Assembly: GCF_001194135.2 (NCBI RefSeq) | Contig: NC_068998.1 | Coordinates: 39,216,873 to 39,280,872 of the forward strand | Direction of reading: 5' to 3' | DNA from: Octopus bimaculoides | Lineage: Eukaryota | Length of the DNA stretch: 64,000 bases | In this document: one piece after another, positions 13,807-26,814 of the stretch | How the letters are laid out: each line of letters opens with the position of its first letter | Position numbering within the stretch: position 1 is the first letter of the stretch | Notes under the pieces: model-generated | The model's input: the letters and a program-made list of their open reading frames with translations, nothing else | Database searches by the model: none | What the model was told of the DNA's origin: nothing | Program-made: the position numbers and the translations under genes

Positions 13807-13876
13807 TATATATATATATATATAAAAATTTGTAAGAGTACAAAAAACAAAATAAATGAAATCATTTCCTATTTAC

Positions 13877-13946
13877 CTGTTGGGGTGGTTACTGTAAATT
13901 TTTGGTAAGGAAGTTGGTTAAGACCTTCTTCAACAACCAGACGAAT
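13877..13946 (-). CDS. UPRT: UPRT exon 3 (IRLVVEEGLNQLPYQKFTVTTPT-G)
   Basis: CAG acceptor, GTAAAT donor, 70 nt; matches the UPRT motif IRLVVEEGLNQLPY. Confidence 0.95.
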
Positions 13947-16560
13947 CTGGAATAAACAAACAGATAAGAACAACAAGAATAATGTAGAAATGGTAAGTAC
14001 ACAAATCTCCTAGAATATTTGAGAATGATATTAAAATCTTTTAGATTTTTATCATCCTATCTAATTATATGGAAGACACCAAGTATTGTAGCAAGTGGCA
14101 AGAAAGACAATGTAAAATAATTGATAATCGCTATAACATGACTTGGAAGGACAAGACATTAAAGTATCGCATGATGGGCACTAAGATTAACGCGATAAGT
14201 CAGTACCTGTTCTCAAGCCCTATCTAAAACCAGTTAGCCCTTGGGTCGACATACTTCTGTTGAAATACACTATGTTTGTCATTATTAACCTAATGTCTAG
14301 AACACTGGTTTCAAATTTTGGCACAAGGCCTGCAGTTTCTGAGGAGCGGGGCAAGTCAATTACATCAATTCTTGTGCTGAACTGGCACTTGTTTTATTGA
14401 CCCTTAAAAGATGAAAGGCAAAGTCGACCATGGCAGAATTTGAACTTGGAACATAAAAACAAATGAAATGCTGCTAAGCAGTTTGTCTGGTGCAGTAACA
14501 ATTCTGCTAGCTCACCGACTTTGATGCCTGGAATATTATTATGAAATTTTGGTGAAAGGTTTTGATTTAGATCACTTTAAAAGAGCAAGCTGTATCATAA
14601 GAGAAGAGGCAGTGGCATAACAGCCAAATCTCCTGTCTGTCTTTGTTTGTTCCCTCTGTGTGTAGCCCCCTGTGGGCAGTAAAGAAATAGGAAATGGTGT
14701 ATGTGTGTGTGTGTGTGTGTGTGTCACCCTTGACAACCAGCTTTGGTTTCTTTAACCCTTCAGTATTTAAACTAGCCATATCCAGCTGTTTCATGTTCAA
14801 ACTGGTTAGATTCAGTCCCTTACACCTACCCTTACAATGTCATTCTAAAACTAAACACACCATTGAAGTCACAAAGCTACCAGATAATATATAGGATTAA
14901 TTCAAAATGATATGAATGAATAAGAATTATATTTTTGACAGAGTGATCCAAATGCTAATGGGGTAAGTCCTTATAACTTAATAGTTAAAAAAAAACTGAT
15001 AGAATTAGTAACAGACTTTTAAAAAACAAATACTTAGATAGATTTGTTCAATTAAACCCTTTGTGGAAGTGTCCCAGCATAAAAAGATAAGAAAAAGCTT
15101 CCTTCATGACTCATACCGACTGGTTTCCCAGTTTCCATGGCACATATATTCCCCACCTAGACAGGATGCCGCACTGTCGCAGGGTTACTCATTTTTGCCA
15201 GCTGAGTGGACTGGAGTAAACATGAAATGAAGTGCTTTGCTTAAGAACACAATGCGTCACTTGGTCCAGGAATCGAAACCATAATCTTACGATCATAAGT
15301 CCAACACCTTAACCACTAAGCCATGTACCTCCACTCAAGCCCCAATATGGTCACAGTCCAATGACTGAAACAAGTAAAAGAAAAAGATATTGATTACATA
15401 CACACACTAACAAGTCATATATTTGTAAAGGAGAGGGGATAAAAATCAATTGAATGAAACCAGTACACCACAGGTACAGATTTTATTACCATCTTCGTCA
15501 TTATTTTAAGCTATTTTCATTCTTGTGCGAGTTGCAATCCTTGAAAAGTGAACTGTAAAGAATAATTCTGGTTGAATTTGAAGAGAGAAGTTCAAGGGAC
15601 TTAACTCTACTATTTTTGCCGTTCTGCTACCTTCCCACTTACAACTATCTGGACAGAAGCAATGCTAGGACACCGCCTTGAAGGTTTAGTCAAACAAATC
15701 AACACTAGTACTTATTCATAAGTCTGGTACTTATTCTATCAGTCATTTTTTTTTTTTACATTATGGGAACATAAACAAACCAACACTGGTTATCAAGCAG
15801 TGATAGGATACACACACACACACAATGACAGACTTGTTTCAGTTTCTGTCTATTAAGTCCATTTACAGAGCTTTCGTCAGCCTAGGGCTATAGTGGAAGA
15901 CACTTGCCCAAGGTGCCATGCAGTGGGACTGAACCCAAAAACTACATGGATGGGAAGCAAGCTTCTTACCACACAGCCACACCTGTGATAATTATTATTA
16001 TTACTTAGAGCTGTAGAATCTACTTTATCAACTTTGGTACTTGGCTGACAAGTCTTTTATGGACCTCAGAGTGTTGAAAGACAATCAACTTGCTGAGTGA
16101 TTTGAACTTAATACATAAAGGGTTGTAACTAAATGCTATTTGTTATTTGACCTGAGGTTCCACTGTTAGTACTTGGATAACATTCACAACTACTATAATA
16201 TACAACAATGCAGTATTGGTCATCCTGTAAATCTTAATCAGATATAATCTGATAAAAGCTACTTATCTCCTACCAAATCTAACATCATGTCAGTACAAGC
16301 TGACATGCAGTGGTGTTAATTCTTCTGACTACCGTAATCTGTGGATAATGGAGGAAATGGTCTAGTACTCCACCAAGCAAGCAACCACATACACCATAAA
16401 ATATTTGGCACGCCATCACTACCTTCTTTATCTTTTTCCCAACATCTGTCACCCACCTCTATATAAAGTGGTTACCATGTATCTCCTCTATACCAAGACA
16501 CATATGCTTGTGTCTCTGTCATACTTTAGTCTTTCAATATTTGGCATAAAGCAACCTCCC

Positions 16561-16718
16561 ACTCTCAAGTACTCAATCACCTCCTACTCTCAAATAGCCT
16601 TTCACCTCCAACACTCAAATACTGTTACCTTCAACACTCAAATACTGCTACCTCTTATTCTCAAATACTGTCACCTCACACTCTCAAATACTGTCACCTC
16701 CCACTCCCAAATACTCCT
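16561..16718 (+). repeat. ~23-bp minisatellite, ~7 units (ACTCTCAAATACTGTCACCTCCC-like)
   Basis: Successive units visible directly, e.g. acactcaaatactgttaccttca / acactcaaatactgctacctctt / attctcaaatactgtcacctcac / actctcaaatactgtcacctccc. Confidence 0.8.
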
Positions 16719-17214
16719 ACACACTTAGTAGTGGGAACATTTTCCTTTACCTTTTTCCGTTCTTTTTTTGTTTAGCAAGTTATTTGGCAACCTCAAGAGT
16801 GCAGGTGGCACAAAAAAAAAGCATTAAGTATACATTGTAAAGCAGCTAGCATTATGAAGGGCATCAAACCATAGAAAACATACCAAAGCTAACACTGAGA
16901 TTTGGCACAGCCCTGCAACTCACTGGATCCCATCAAACTGTCCAACCCAGGTCAGCATGGAAAGCAGACCTTAAATAATAAAGACGACATCCTGCAATAT
17001 ATCTGCAGATTTTTTTAGCTGGCACTATGTATAAAACAGATATAATCAATCCTTGTAAACAGAAAAATGAAGCAGCTAGTTTATTTTCAATCCTGTTTGG
17101 ATTTCACCAGTGACCGACTAACCTCTTTAACTGTCCAAGCTTCTTGACTTAGTTTGTATTTATAATACACACTCTTGGCAGTTAGTGCAATTAAGAAATT
17201 ATAGTGCATAAGCA

Positions 17215-17388
17215 CCCACTACACTCTCGGAGTGGTTGGCATTAGGAAGGGCGTCCAGCTGTAGAAATTTTGCAAAATCAGATTGGAGCCTGGTGTAGCC
17301 ATCTGGTTCGCCAGTCCTCAGTCAAATCGTCCAACCCATGCTAGCATGGAAAGCGGACATTAAACGATGATGATGATGATGATGATGA
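17215..17388 (+). mobile_element. Short RTE-3'UTR-type repeat, family E, with (GAT)n tail
   Basis: CACCCACTACACTCTCGGAGTGGTTGGCATTAGGAAGGGCGTCCAGC...CATGCTAGCATGGAAAGCGGACATTAAACGATGATGAT; many copies on both strands (e.g. ~6060-6330, 9745-10150, 16780-16990, 20150-20320, 28690-29020, 42775-42960, 49130-49600, 57370-57640, 57960-58265). Confidence 0.8.
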
Positions 17389-18127
17389 AACAATGTACTA
17401 AAAAAAAAAGGATCAATAGATTTTTAGCTAACACTACGTATTGTCAGACATAAACACCGTGTTTCTAAATTCAATATCTTTGTGGACAGGAAAAAAAAGA
17501 GATCAGCTGGACTAGTTTCTAGCTAGGCTAATTAAAGATGGAGACACTGTTCATAAACCCAATATTCATATTAAGGGTGGAAGTAAATTGGATAGACCAG
17601 TTTGTATACATAACGCTGCAATCTTGGCAGATCGTCCAATTAATATAGTGTTAAATAAAATGCTATTAATTTACTAGTCATTTATTTTTCATGGCAAACA
17701 GTCTACATATGTACGTGCGTGTGTGTATGTGGATGCATGTGTATGACCTTATGCATATTGTTGCTACTGATAATGATGAGATTGTGTATGCACACAACCA
17801 GTCAGAGGTGATCAAAGAGATCTGTGAGGACCCTCAGTATTGCTCTTCCTCCTGTTCTGTTTCATGTAAACAGGTGTGGTGGATGAAATACATTGAGGAG
17901 ATTACCTGTAGAGGATATTGGGTAGGTGTGTCTCAGAAATAAGGTGGCATACATAGAGAAATAATGTTTTGGAAACCTGTCTTACTCATGACAATATCAA
18001 AAAATAGAATTTTAAAACAGCTTGATAAAAATTCATAGGATGAACTACAAATTTTACTTTCTTATTTCTTTACTGCCCATAAGGAGTTACATACAGAGGG
18101 GACAAACAAGGATAGACAAATGGATTA

Positions 18128-18294
18128 AGTCGATTATACCGACCCCAGTACGTAACTGGTACTTATTTAATCGACTCCGAAAGGATGAAAGGCAAAGTCG
18201 ACCTCGGCGGAATTTGAACTGAGAACGTAGCGGCAGACGAAATACCGATAAGCATTTCGCCCGGCGTGCAAACGATTCTGCCAGCTCGCTGCCT
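18128..18294 (-). mobile_element. SINE family B (GGCGAGCTGGCAGAA...GAGTTCAAATTCCGCCGAGGTCGACTTTGCC...), CpG-rich young copy
   Basis: B-box-like GAGTTCAAATTCC; many copies: ~812-995(-), 14320-14520(-), 18445-18660(+), 33760-33960(+), 47455-47650(-), 53610-53825(+), 56680-56885(+), 58349-58520(+), 60570-60760(-), 61754-61970(+). Confidence 0.85.
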
Positions 18295-20947
18295 TTTTTA
18301 CTTTCTGCCTACACATGTTATCAACATGTTACACATGTGGCAGGTTTGTGCATGCTAATGCACAAACAAACAAAACTGAAACACACACTACCAAGGACTT
18401 CTTGAAACTCTAAAAGAAATTTTAGAGATTAATATATTAATAGTAAAGAAGGTAGTGAGCTGGCAGAATCATTAGCATGCCAGGCAAAATGCTTAGCAGC
18501 ATTTTGTCTGTCTTTACGTTCTGAGTTCAAATGCCAGTCAGGTTGACTTTATCTTTCATCTTTCTGGGGTTGAAAAAATAAGCACCAGTTGAGCGCTGGG
18601 GTCAATGTAACTGACCTACCCACTCCTCTGATATTGCTGGTCTTGTGCCAAATTTGAAACTTAAGTTGCTGTTATTTGCAGGTCTGGTGACCATGTAGAC
18701 ACTCATTGCCCCACCTATGTAATTAGATACTGTAGTACTGTGAGGTGATAATAGTTATTTGTTTCCCTAATTAACAAACGTGAAAAGATATAACAGGAAG
18801 TTATCAAACAATCTCTACAATGCTTTCAAGATGTTCAGTGACCGAGGAAAGCCTTCAGTGGGAATTTTTCCCCAAAGCAAGTGATGAGTCATTCGAGTAA
18901 GTTTAAGCCTATTAGGCTTATAAATCTGCGGTTTCTAAAACTTCAACTTGACCCAACTCAGGCAGGCAGGTAGGCACACACACACACACACACACACACA
19001 CATTCTGATCCAATTATCCACTCATACATACAAACATGGCTACAACAACATTGCAACAAGCAGTATCTTTTATGAAATTTAAACACATTACTATAACAAA
19101 AATGCTGTATTTCGTATTCTAGTATGACAACAAGCTTGAATTACTTGAAAAATATATCCTAACAGCTGGCCAAATGGGAAATGTTTATAACAGTTATCCA
19201 TGTAATATATCTATAATAAATTTACATCAGTATGTTGTCAAGCTGCAAAGAAAAGAGTATAGAGACAGAAAGTGCATGCAGTTATGTCTTTCAGTGGGCA
19301 ACTTAGAGGAAAATAAAGAGAATAAATGAAGAGAGAAATAGAGAGAGTGGGAAAGAGAACAGATAGCATTCCACATACAAATACAGACCTATATCCATGT
19401 TAACAGCTTACACCATATACAAACACTCACTTATTCAGTATTATGTACATCTGTCTGCTGCTCACACCCACCCATGAACACAGACCAGTATGCATGTCAT
19501 GTCAACAAATAACCTACACACACACACACACACACACGTCGCCTGAAAGATTACCCGCAACACACAGAAATTCAAGCTTAGACACATATTAAGGTCACCA
19601 ATGGCACCCCTATTTTCCATGGGAGCCTTATTTATATTTGGATTGTTTTCTTTGATCTTACAAACTAGTTACTTTCCTTAAGGCTGTCCGTCACACACTT
19701 TTCTTTCCTTATTCTACTCCTTTATTTTAGAGAAAGAGTCAACAGGCAGAAAATGAAAGAGGAAGTTAGTGGGGAAAATTGAAAGAAAAACAAGAAAAGA
19801 AAAGAGAGGTGTCATGAACATTTTTCTGACGTTTTCAATTCAAATGACATCCACATACATAACATAAATATAGTTGTCTGCACTTATTACATTTTCCTCT
19901 TTAAATTGACAAAGTATTTCAACTTGTCAGAAAGTGACCCAAAATATATTCGTGCAGGTTACACATTAGATTACTTTCAGTATTTTGCTTGCAGACAACA
20001 AAGCCTTATAACTGTTGATATTGGAAACATACAGTTATTGTTTCATTGTTTACTGATAATTTCGAAGGCTTTTATTACAAAAAGTATTAAGAACCCCAAA
20101 TAAGTGTGCAGCAACCTCAGCATTGTGAGCTACAGGGTGACGTTGGAAGTGCCAGCACACACTGTAAAGTGGCCGTCACTAGGAAGGACATGTAGCCATA
20201 AACACCATGCCAAAGAAGACATTGGAGCATGATGAAGTCTTTGGACTCATTGGATCTTTGTCAAACTGTCCAACCCCACGACAGCATGGAACATAGACAT
20301 TAAATGGTGATGATGGTAATGATGATGAAAATAACATGGTATAAAATTGTTGTAAAATACAATAGAACCGTTCTTTGTAATTAACACTTGCCACAAATTA
20401 GTTTAATCATTTCAGACCAGGAGTTGCTTTTCCAATAGTTTGGTAAGAGGGATGATAGCTATGTAGCTTGAAGACATTGCTTGAACAATGTGATGTGATA
20501 GAAGTATTTAGGTATGCATGACTTCATCATCATAGTTTTAACATCTACTTTTTCATGCTTGCATTGGGTTGTGTAAGGATATGTTGAGGTAATTTTCTAT
20601 AGCTGATGCACTTCCTGTCACCAACCACCTCCAGCCCCAATTAAGGTAATAATCTCCCAAAACATTCCCGAAATATTTAAATGGAGAACTGGAAACATCC
20701 AACACCATATGAATGAGTGTTTTGTTAACTAAGACCACACAATGAGGTAAGAAGCCTAAACATGCGTCTGTGATAGACGACAAGGAAACGATCAGTGAAA
20801 TAATTGTTTACTCTCTGTGAACATATGGAAAAACAAACTCATTCGCAGAAACACATGCACATACATTTATATATAAAGGGGTGGAATAAAGGTATTATTA
20901 TGGATTGCTGAGCTCCTAGAAACATTTATATATATATACATTTGTAA

Positions 20948-20986
<39 letters not shown>

Positions 20987-20999
20987 CACACATATACAC

Positions 21000-21154
21000 T
21001 TGGCTGGGAACCAGTATCGCAGTGATGACGACATCATATCTGCTATTGATGACTTTTTTGACTAACATGATGAAAACTTCTTCATTAATGGGATCCAAGC
21101 ACTGCAACACAGAGGAAGTGTATGGACCACAAGGAGGACTATGTTGAAAAGTAA
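21000..21154 (+). mobile_element. Mariner transposase C-terminal fragment (decayed)
   Basis: Translates as LAGNQYRSDDDIISAIDDFFD*HDENFFINGIQALQHR, then after a frameshift CMDHKEDYVEK*; typical mariner GIxxLxxRWxKCxxxxGxYVEK end. Confidence 0.75.
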
Positions 21155-22806
21155 ATCTCATTTGGTCACATTCCATCACTATGAATGTTTCAATGGTTGT
21201 AGATTTCTTTAAAAGGGTTCTAGACCATTTATTCCATACTTAGCCATACATCTATAACTTTTCCATCCACTCAGCCCTTAGAATGGCATTGAATAACTCT
21301 AGAGGAGGAACTTCTTTAATAAAAAAACATTGAGTTCCATCAATCAGACAACACAAAACTGCAGTAAAATGTTTTTCTTTCATGTCCTGTTTCTAACATG
21401 GTTTCATTTCCTATTTTATCCAGGTTCCATACCTCAAATGTCAAAAAAACATGGATGTCTCATTCAGGATTCTAATTCAATTTAGTACAAAATCATACAA
21501 CGGCTATAGTTTCATTATAAAGCAATGAAACTGCACAATCGTATCATCCTAATCAGAAGAGAATCAGTGATAATCTAGTTTTCTGATATAGGGCTAAAAT
21601 GTGCTTTTTAAACAATCTCTGATAGCATGCATTTAAAACATGTTGCAAGACTGAACAAACTGTATGTGTTATCTTATGATATTTCCTTTGCTTGTGATTT
21701 TACATGTAATGTTCTTATAAAATATCCAAAATATTCCTATCTCTTGTCTTACACCAAGTTAGTCAACTCTTTTAGTTCCAAATAGTCTGCTTTCTCTTTA
21801 GACATTGTTTACTGCTTGACATTTTCTGCCTAATATTTCTCTAAGCAATTCTAGATTTCCTGGACGGATTGCAGTTGTTTGCAGCAAAACCTATGACATT
21901 AAATTAAATTTTTGTACAGTAAACCATAAATCTCTTTTTCACATTCACCCCTTATAATGTGTGAAGAATGAAGAATTTTTTAAAAACTACAAGTATATGG
22001 CAATAATATCACTTTCATGTTCTCTGCCATAAACTTTTAAACTAAATAATCACTCTTTAATGATAAAAAATACGACAACCAGCATGCTAATTGAATTAAC
22101 TGCCATCAGATACAAATCTCTATACTATATGCATATGGTGGTCCATAATTACAAGCAATGAGATATATACATTAGTTGTAAATATATCAGGGCAACACCC
22201 TAACCATTAGGCCATGTACCTTCACACACACAAACACCATAACAGGTAAAATATAATACCTATTTAACACTAATATATGATTTTAGTAGAAGTCAAAAAT
22301 TGTGATCTTTTTTCAGTTGATTTTACAGATTGTTGTCATACTTTGGAATAAATAATCTACATTAAAAGGCCATTCCAACACCTGTGAGTGTTTGCTTTAG
22401 CTGTCTTGCGTTTTCTCATAAAATTCCTTTTGAATCACACAAGATATTCCATAGGTGTTATGGAAAAAGATATTAAATAAACATCCTATATTGTATCAGT
22501 AAGTAGAACACTATACATATATTTGTTCAATTTACACTCACAGCTGAAGTAAAACAATTTATGTAGCAGTGGAGGAGATATATATATATATATTTTTTGA
22601 GGTTCTATACTTTAAGAAGGAAAACTTGAGGAGAATGATAAATAGGATGAGGAGAAGAGGAAGAGAGAAGCAATATAAAAAAGGAGAGGAGAGGATCTAA
22701 AGTCAAGAGGGGGAAGTAATGAAAAGACATGCAGTAAGTTTACCAGGTTATTAAATGATAATACACATACATGAAAACATGTATGTATAAAAACAATGTA
22801 AATTAA

Positions 22807-22976
22807 AGAAGTCATTTTAAATTCTCAAACGCAGGATAAAGCTAATAATATAGCCTGAACAGGATAAACTACCCCTATTTTACCGAAAAAAGTGTAGCCG
22901 CAAAATAGGGGTAGCTTATCCTGTTCAGGCTATATTATTAGCTTTATCCTGCGATTGAGAACTTAAAATCACTTCT
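22807..22976. mobile_element. Fold-back MITE with TTAA TSD and AG termini (Kolobok-like)
   Basis: ~70-bp near-perfect inverted arms around a short spacer; TTAA at 22803-22806 and 22977-22980; purine-purine termini fit Kolobok better than piggyBac (CCC ends). Confidence 0.75.
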
Positions 22977-23384
22977 TTAACTTTCTAAGACATCTCAACG
23001 CTTCTAAAAGCAAACTTCATTTGTTTGTTTACGTTCATCGTAATTTGAATGTAAATTAAATATTCTTTTACTTGTTTCAGTCATTTGACTGCAGCCATGC
23101 TGGAGCACTGCCTTCAAGTGTTTTAGTTGAACAAATCGACCGTCATACATAGATATATGACAGGCTTCTTTCAGTCTCTGTTTACCATATCCACTCACAA
23201 GACTTTGGTTGGTCTAAGGCTATAGTAGAAAATACTTGCTCAAGGTGCCACACAGTGGGACTGAACCCGGAACCATGTGGTTGGGAAGCAAGCTTCTACC
23301 CACACAGCCATGCCTGTGAATATTCAGTCAAGACATTTCATGAAAAATTGTTTACAAGTAATTCTTTCCTGTAGGACAAGTTTA

Positions 23385-23388
<4 letters not shown>

Positions 23389-23457
<69 letters not shown>

Positions 23458-23458
23458 G
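23389..23458 (+). repeat. Compound (TG)n(TA)n microsatellite, representative of many in the window
   Basis: Direct reading; others at ~2797-2822, 13075-13119, 14700-14725, 18978-19002, 20945-20985, 25430-25455, 56140-56170. Confidence 0.95.
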
Positions 23459-25097
23459 CATACACATAGACACATGTACACAGAATACTCAAGTGACCAT
23501 AAAGGAATTTTATCACAGTACTTCAATGTCTTCAGTAGCTTTCATTTCTCTTATTGTTTAGTTAACATGTGTTCTGTCTCAGACAGTAATAATATAACAA
23601 TAATAATGAATAAAAAATAAAACAAACAATGCATTATTGTTAGATGCAATGCAGATATGAGATCAGACTTGTTATGTCTGGGGGGGAAAAAACTCTACTT
23701 AATACAGAAGGTATCTTGTGATGTTTAATTGCAAGACAGACAAAATACAGAATTCATGATTTTCCTATTATTTTTTCCTATCACTTATGGATGAATGATT
23801 GATTGTATAACAATGATTTGTGACAGGAGTACAAGGCTTAAACTGAGGTGAGAGACACCATCAATCACTTGACCCAATACTGCATTTTATCAACTCCAAA
23901 AAGGATGTGGGGCAAGTTTAACCCATTAATATTTTTTTCTGGTGCAAATGAATAATAATTGTTTTGTAAATTTGTTACAAGGTCAGATATTTGGGGAGAA
24001 AGGAAGACAATTGCATCAAACTCCATACTTGACAGAAACACTATTACATCAATCCTCAAATGATGGAAGGCAAAGCTGACCTAAGCAGATTTCGGGTTAA
24101 TGCTTTGTATAGACGCAGGCACGTCTGTGTGGTAATAAGCTTGCTTCCCAACCGCATGGTTCTGGGTTCAGTCCCACTGCGTGGCACCTAGGGCAAGTGT
24201 CTTCCACTACCGCCTCAGGTTAAACAAAGCCTTGTGAGTGGATTTGGCACACAGAAACTGAAAAAAGCCCATTGTGTGTGTGTGTGCGTCTCTCTATCTC
24301 TCTTTATGCCTATGTTTGACCCCTTCTACCATTTGACAACTGGTATTGGTTAACGTCTCCATCACTTAGCAGTTCAATATAATAAGTATCAGGCTTAAAA
24401 AGAAAATAAGAACTGGGGTTGAGGCATTCAACTAAAAATTCCTCAAGGCTGCAGTCTAATGACTAAAACAAGTAAAAGATAAAAGATAGGCACAAAGCTT
24501 GAATTTTTTTTTTTGAGGAGGTGGGGATGAGGTTGGGGGGGGGGTTAGATTTAGCCAATTCCAATACTTGACTGAAGATTTATTTTATTGACCCTATAAA
24601 GATGAAAAGCAAAGATGACAGGCAAGTTGACCAGAAATAATTATAAAAGTAAGAAAAACAACAACAGTTTCTGACATTGTCACCACCACCACCACCACTT
24701 GACAACTGGTATTGGTTTGTTTATGCCTCTATAACCTAGCAGTTTGGCAAAAGAAACTGACAGAATAAGTACCAGACTTAATAAATAATGGGGGTTGATT
24801 TATTTGACAAAACCCTCTAAGACTGTGCCCTAGCATAGCTGCAGTCCAATGATTGAAACAAGTAAGATATACAAGATAAAATATCATATTTATTATAGAA
24901 TTTTAACCTTAGGCAATATACACATAAGCTGAAGTATTCATAAGAAACAAAATGTTATGAATCTAAAATGCCATATGATTTTTTTTTCTCCAGATCAAAG
25001 TGTAATTTCTGATATCACCAAAGCAAAGTATAAAATCTTATGAATGGTTGTTTCGTTCTAATAAAACAAAAGTAAGTTTAAAAACATGCTAACTTAC

Positions 25098-25140
25098 CAA
25101 TCTATCTGCATAGAATATAAAATCACTTCTGGCTGTCGTC
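25098..25140 (-). CDS. UPRT: UPRT exon 2 (TTARSDFIFYADRL)
   Basis: Pyrimidine tract + TAG acceptor, GTAAGT donor, 43 nt; matches the conserved UPRT motif RGDFxFxADRL; phases join exons 1 and 3. Confidence 0.93.
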
Positions 25141-26814
25141 CTAGATAGAGGGAAAGATTATTATTAATTATGATTCTTATATCATTCATCATCATCATTT
25201 AGTATCCACTTTTCCATGTTTGTATGGATTGGACACAATTTATTTCAGGTACATTTTCTATGGACAGATACCCTTCCTGTCACCAACCCTCATCTATTTC
25301 CAAGGAAGATAATATTTCCCCATGACCAGACATATTCATGCAGAATATTGGAAATTAATATCAGTCATATACTGCTTATATGATTGTGACACTCATTTAC
25401 AACTTTCATATGATGTCGAAACAAAGAGACACACACACACACACACACACACACATGCGATGGTCTTCTTTCAGTTTCCATCTACCAAATCCACTAACGA
25501 GGCTTTGGTCAGGCTACAGCTGTGATGCTTGTCCAAGAGACTATGCAGTAGGACTAAACATGAAACTCATTTACAACTTTCACATGATGTCAAGACAATG
25601 GAACACACACACACACACATGATGGTCTTCTTTCAATTTCTGTCAACCAAATCTTCTAACAAGGCTTTTGTCAGGCTAGAGCTGTGACACTTACCCAAGG
25701 TGCCACATAATGAGACTGAACACTAAACCATGTGATTGGGAACCAAATTTCTCAACCACACAATCACCAATTAGGTGAATTAACCCTCAGAAAATTTACA
25801 GAATTAAAAAACATTTTTTATTGCAACCTGAAGTGGGTTGGATGGTGAACAATTCACGCTGTCAGGATCGGAACTGAGAAAAGATAAAGGAATCTATCAA
25901 AAACACAGTAAAGTGTTTCATGAAGTGCTCTGCTAATGATTTCACTATCATAATAATAAAATACCTAAGTACTAGCAAATTTGGTAGGGGAGAATAGTCA
26001 CAATTCTGCTATAATTCTTGACTAGTATCAACCCTGCAGGGAAAGGTAAGCTCAGTGGGATTCAAACACAAATTTCAAAATTACCACACGGTAATTTGTT
26101 TAGTACTCTACTGATTCTACTAATGACTGCTCTGAAAATGACCATTTTAATTTAGACAAAGGGGGGAAAAGTATTTTACCCAACATTATCATTTCTGCCT
26201 TCTGTCAAGTGTCAGTGCCTTTTAACATAGGCAGAAAGATCACATTTTATTCTTAGGCCAGCACCCATGAACTCCCAGATTTGTGAGGGAAAAGTTAGAA
26301 AGGAAACCTCTGGGGTTATCTTCAATGCTGCATACCTTAATTCTGATTACTTAATCTAAATATCTAGAGATTGTAAAAAGGATATAGACTGGTTTCAACA
26401 TGACAGATCAATTACAAGATCAGTAATAGATAAAACTCATTGCCAATCACTTGAGATATAGGTCTAATACTTGAGATATAGGAATCCATAAAATCAGTAA
26501 TGACGGGTATGAAGTGTGTATGGTTAACAGATCCCTTCCTGGTCCAAATCCACACAGTAGAAATTTTTACAAATGTTTTTCCTCTACCATAACCTGTTTG
26601 ACAAGAGCTATGTGAATGAAATTAGAGTAGACAGAGAGAAATCTGTGAGGGGCCATGGTTGTAGTTGGGTGGTTGACTGATTCTATTACACAGTATAACA
26701 CCACCAGCATCTGACCCTTGGGCCGCCTTTTTAGAGTCTTAGGCTTTGTTGATAAAGGGTTTCTCCCTCTGAGTAAAAGGTAGATTGTATGATGCCTGTA
26801 TGTGGACAGCCATG

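Noticed and set aside
12939-13865. Long ORFs of 250-308 aa, and similar ones at 2.1-2.6, 5.4-5.7, 47.1-47.5, 48.4-49.0 and 56.0-56.5 kb
   Set aside because: Made of X from N-gaps and YIYI/HTHT/CVCV from microsatellites; not coding.
16561-16718. CRISPR-like periodicity
   Set aside because: Adjacent tandem units without unique spacers, in a eukaryotic intron, with no cas genes.
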